DNA of 64,000 nucleotides from Candidatus Bathyarchaeota archaeon (GTDB lineage Archaea; Thermoproteota; Bathyarchaeia; Bathyarchaeales; Bathycorpusculaceae): NCBI GenBank assembly GCA_963782525.1, contig CAWAKC010000003.1, positions 128,001 to 192,000 of the forward strand, read 5' to 3'. Shown piece by piece: positions 60,981 to 64,000 of this stretch (position 1 is its first letter; each line of letters starts with the position of its first letter). The notes under the pieces were generated by a model. It saw only the letters and a program-made list of their open reading frames with translations, ran no database searches and was not told where the DNA came from. The position numbers and the translations under genes were made by a program.

Positions 60981-61526
60981 TCATTTTAGGATGACTGGTT
61001 TGTTTCGTTTTCCTGCGCCCTGCTTAGTCTTAGGATGCCCCATGATAAAGGGAACCATCATTTTGCAGTTTTCGGGGACTCCGACTTTCTTTAGTGCCTC
61101 AGGATTGTTGTTTAGAAAGTTAACGAAACCCATGTAGCATGTTCCAAGCCCCAGTTCATATGCTTTGAGAAACATGTTCTGTGCCGCTAGGACGCTGTCG
61201 AGTAAATTCAAGTTGTCCCATTGGTCATCTTTTTCACTACATACCAGTATAAGCACGGGTGCATTGTAACAGATTATGTCGGCTTCTGTAGTGAATTGTT
61301 TGGCTAATGGCGGCATCATTTGCTGGATCAAAACCTTGGTTTCATCTGAGACATACTTGATTAGTTTTTTGTCTTCGATAACTATGAATTTCCAAGGCTC
61401 CCTATGCATCCCCGTAGGTGCCCATGTACCTGCCTCAAGGACCGCTTCAATTTGCTCTATCGAAACGGGTTCTTGCGTGTAGGTTCTTACGCTTCTTCTA
61501 CCTTTAATGCAAACATCTAATTCCAT
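60981..61526 (-). CDS. Nitroreductase family protein
   Basis: RRSVR, WAPT...EPW.F, AAQNM.L.A..LGLGTC. Confidence 0.92.
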   Translation of the reverse strand: MELDVCIKGRRSVRTYTQEPVSIEQIEAVLEAGTWAPTGMHREPWKFIVIEDKKLIKYVSDETKVLIQQMMPPLAKQFTTEADIICYNAPVLILVCSEKDDQWDNLNLLDSVLAAQNMFLKAYELGLGTCYMGFVNFLNNNPEALKKVGVPENCKMMVPFIMGHPKTKQGAGKRNKPVILK

Positions 61527-61594
61527 AACTAAACATCAGAAATTACCAACACTAAATCAGGTAATAAACTGATTGCTTGAGAAACCCGAATCCG

Positions 61595-62179
61595 TTAATT
61601 TTTCGAATTTGGCGTCAACTGCCTCTTGTAGATTGCTAAAAGAACCAGTATGTTTGTGATTATTAGATAGCTTGGGAAGGCGTAAGCTGAAAAAGTCCAA
61701 AATGTCGCAACAACCAAACTTGAAGCTGCACCGAATACTCCAACAACATAGGGCCAAATGGATTCAGTTTCGGGGTTGCTCAATGCTTTTGTGATTGTAG
61801 GTATTGAAGCCAAAGCATCGCTGGATATGGCGAAAACAATGGCAACATTAGGATCCTTAGTTAACCACCACATAAAAAGTGCAAGACCCGAGAGTGCCCC
61901 GCAAACGTAATCAAATGTTGAGGGCTTCCAGTATGCCTTCTTGGCAAAAAAAGATGCGGTGAAAATCATCAGAGGCGAAAACCCCGCCATAAACACGGGT
62001 AAAACTGCCCATCCTACACCGTTTGATAGGGCAGCGGCGGCAGCAATCAACGGCGCAATAGTCCACATTAACCAAGTCACACGGTTTGGCTTGGTTCTTC
62101 CAGAAAACATCGAACGTATGTAAACCAAAGCAGCAAGCGTCGAAGCAAAAGCAGCGATAATGACCAGATACTCAAGCAT
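61595..62179 (-). CDS. Multi-TM membrane protein
   Basis: TKPNRVTW..W and D....IPT..K....PETE motifs, about seven TM helices. Confidence 0.7.
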   Translation of the reverse strand: MLEYLVIIAAFASTLAALVYIRSMFSGRTKPNRVTWLMWTIAPLIAAAAALSNGVGWAVLPVFMAGFSPLMIFTASFFAKKAYWKPSTFDYVCGALSGLALFMWWLTKDPNVAIVFAISSDALASIPTITKALSNPETESIWPYVVGVFGAASSLVVATFWTFSAYAFPSYLIITNILVLLAIYKRQLTPNSKN

Positions 62180-62630
62180 ACGCTAACAATTATTGCTAGC
62201 AAATATAAGCAAATTATCATAGAACTCATAAATTTTGAAGAATGATGGTGCCGAGGGCTAGCTTGACACCGTCGTTTAAACCGTCGTTTTCAACCTTCAA
62301 TTTCCTAAAATGCCATTCCAAAGTAAGTCAGAAGGGGGATTCTATCACCAATTTACCAGTAAAAAGATGCTAAGGATGGGACAAACAGGATTACACTAAA
62401 CGGTGCAAGTCCCTACGCTTAATTTGAAAACTTCCTTTAATGTCTCCAGCTTTCCGTCTGCAAGCGCTTCAGCAAACCCCTAGGCGATGTTTGCTTCAGT
62501 GAAAAACATAAAACTGTCTATTGGCGTAACATATAGTGATCTACAGTTAACGGTAAGGATGTTACTAATATCAAGAAAAGGCATAAAAAAAATTGAAAGA
62601 TATTCTAAACCAGAGTTCCTTATACCACGC

Positions 62631-62927
62631 TTAAGTTGGTCTTAAGTAGAGGGATAATTGATCTTTTGTTACTTTAAGGTTTATTCCGTGTTCGGTGTAG
62701 TCTATAGCGCCTTTTTCTAATGCGGAAATTGCTAATGTGTTTCTGGGAAGGTCAAACAACGCGGGTTTTACGCCATGGATTTGTTCGCTAGCTTCTTTGG
62801 TTAATTCGATTTCAAGGTGGGTTATTTTCCACTCTTCAGGATCTATAACAGCGTCTTTTACTTTGCCTACGACAAAACCGTTTGCGCCAGTCACCATTTG
62901 GTTAACTAATTGATTAAATTTCATCAA
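62631..62927 (-). CDS. PRC-barrel domain protein
   Basis: VVGKVKDAVIDPEEWKITHL; GGAG SD. Confidence 0.8.
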   Translation of the reverse strand: MMKFNQLVNQMVTGANGFVVGKVKDAVIDPEEWKITHLEIELTKEASEQIHGVKPALFDLPRNTLAISALEKGAIDYTEHGINLKVTKDQLSLYLRPT

Positions 62928-64000
62928 AACCTACTCCAATTGTAATATCACTATTGTTTTCTTATAAAACATATCGGTTACAAAGCATACGCAACGACTA
63001 ACGACATAAAAAAAACTAAACAAGTTAGCAGGGCAGTTGGGGTTAAAGAGTATGCTTTCTTTTGAGGTTTGTTTCTTTTTTGTAAATACTATTTCGGTTT
63101 TTTGGAAGGCTCTTCTGTTTCTACTGGCAAAAATCGTTCTAATGATGTTTAAGATTCACCCTTCAAGTGAGTAGCGTATTCAGGTTTCTTTTTCTTAATT
63201 ATTCTGCCAACAAGAAAGGGAATTATCAATGATATTATTAAAGTCGCAAGTATGACTAAAGAAAAGCCAGATTCGTTCAATGAACGAGACTGTGTAAAAA
63301 GTCAGTTCGGATTTTGAAAATTGCTTCATTGTTGTTAAAAGCCGTTTTATCAGCCATTGCTTTTTGCGAGCAAATCAGCAATTTTTTGAAAAGCAATTGA
63401 GTTATCACACAGTCTCGAACCTTCACTAAAAGCGACAGATGCTATAACAATCAAAACGTCAGTTATGATACCAAATAATGCCATCAATTTTACAAATATT
63501 GCTGTCGAACAAATATTTCTTTCTGAGGTGCTTTTTTATCACCCGATTTTATAGGTTTAGCGCGCACTACGCGATGTAATCATAAAGTTTTTAGCCGTTC
63601 AAAAAAAAGACACAACAGTGCAGTTTTCAACTCTCTTGTACTTGCCACCAGGGCAAAAAAAGCGCGGCGTATCAGGGCACATTAACTATAGATAGCGAGT
63701 AGATGTTAAATGGTGAACCCTCGAAGCAAAGAAAAAAAGCAAAAACGCTACAGTAGGCGTGATGCAAATTTTACGAAAATAGCCCTATTCAGCTAGTTTG
63801 AGCAAAGGGACCGGGTGCGAGGATTGCCGTGTGTTCAGACTCAGTTTAAGCAAACAAATGGCAAATGGGAATAGAGCGCGCCTGACTCGAACAGAGAACC
63901 AACTCAAACGCTGGAAGAATAGACAAAGCAGGCTCACCAACTTATTTCAACATATAACAAAGGGACAAGGCAGCGCCCCTATTACCTTTTTATTGAGCGT

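Noticed and set aside
62950-64000. Possible genes at the window end
   Set aside because: Only broken hydrophobic fragments on the minus strand and no ORF that can be supported.

Overview
Archaeal chromosome segment, most likely Bathyarchaeia (inferred from TBP, TFS, a Cren7-like protein, archaeal RNase P RNA, methanofuran genes and four large secreted PQQ-type beta-propeller paralogues). Housekeeping genes are interrupted by two accessory regions. The first (~7.9-19.1 kb) is an integrated virus-like element with a primase-helicase, a spindle-virus-like two-helix coat protein candidate and two atypical tyrosine recombinases. The second (from 20.5 kb) is a tandem array of decayed integrative elements inserted in the 3' end of the RNase P RNA gene. 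A 26-bp rnpB core is repeated exactly at 27178 and degenerately at 29722, each time inside the 5' end of a short ORF that continues into an integrase remnant at the first site, suggesting an SSV1-style split integrase that targets rnpB rather than a tRNA. This is the most novel signal. Also present: two IS copies with overlapping 7-bp TSDs, an unannotated ~280-nt structured RNA candidate, a NikR-box-preceded nikM/cbiM with an ATA start, and an mfn cluster. All calls come from reading motifs by eye; no searches were run, and some frameshifts may be sequencing errors.
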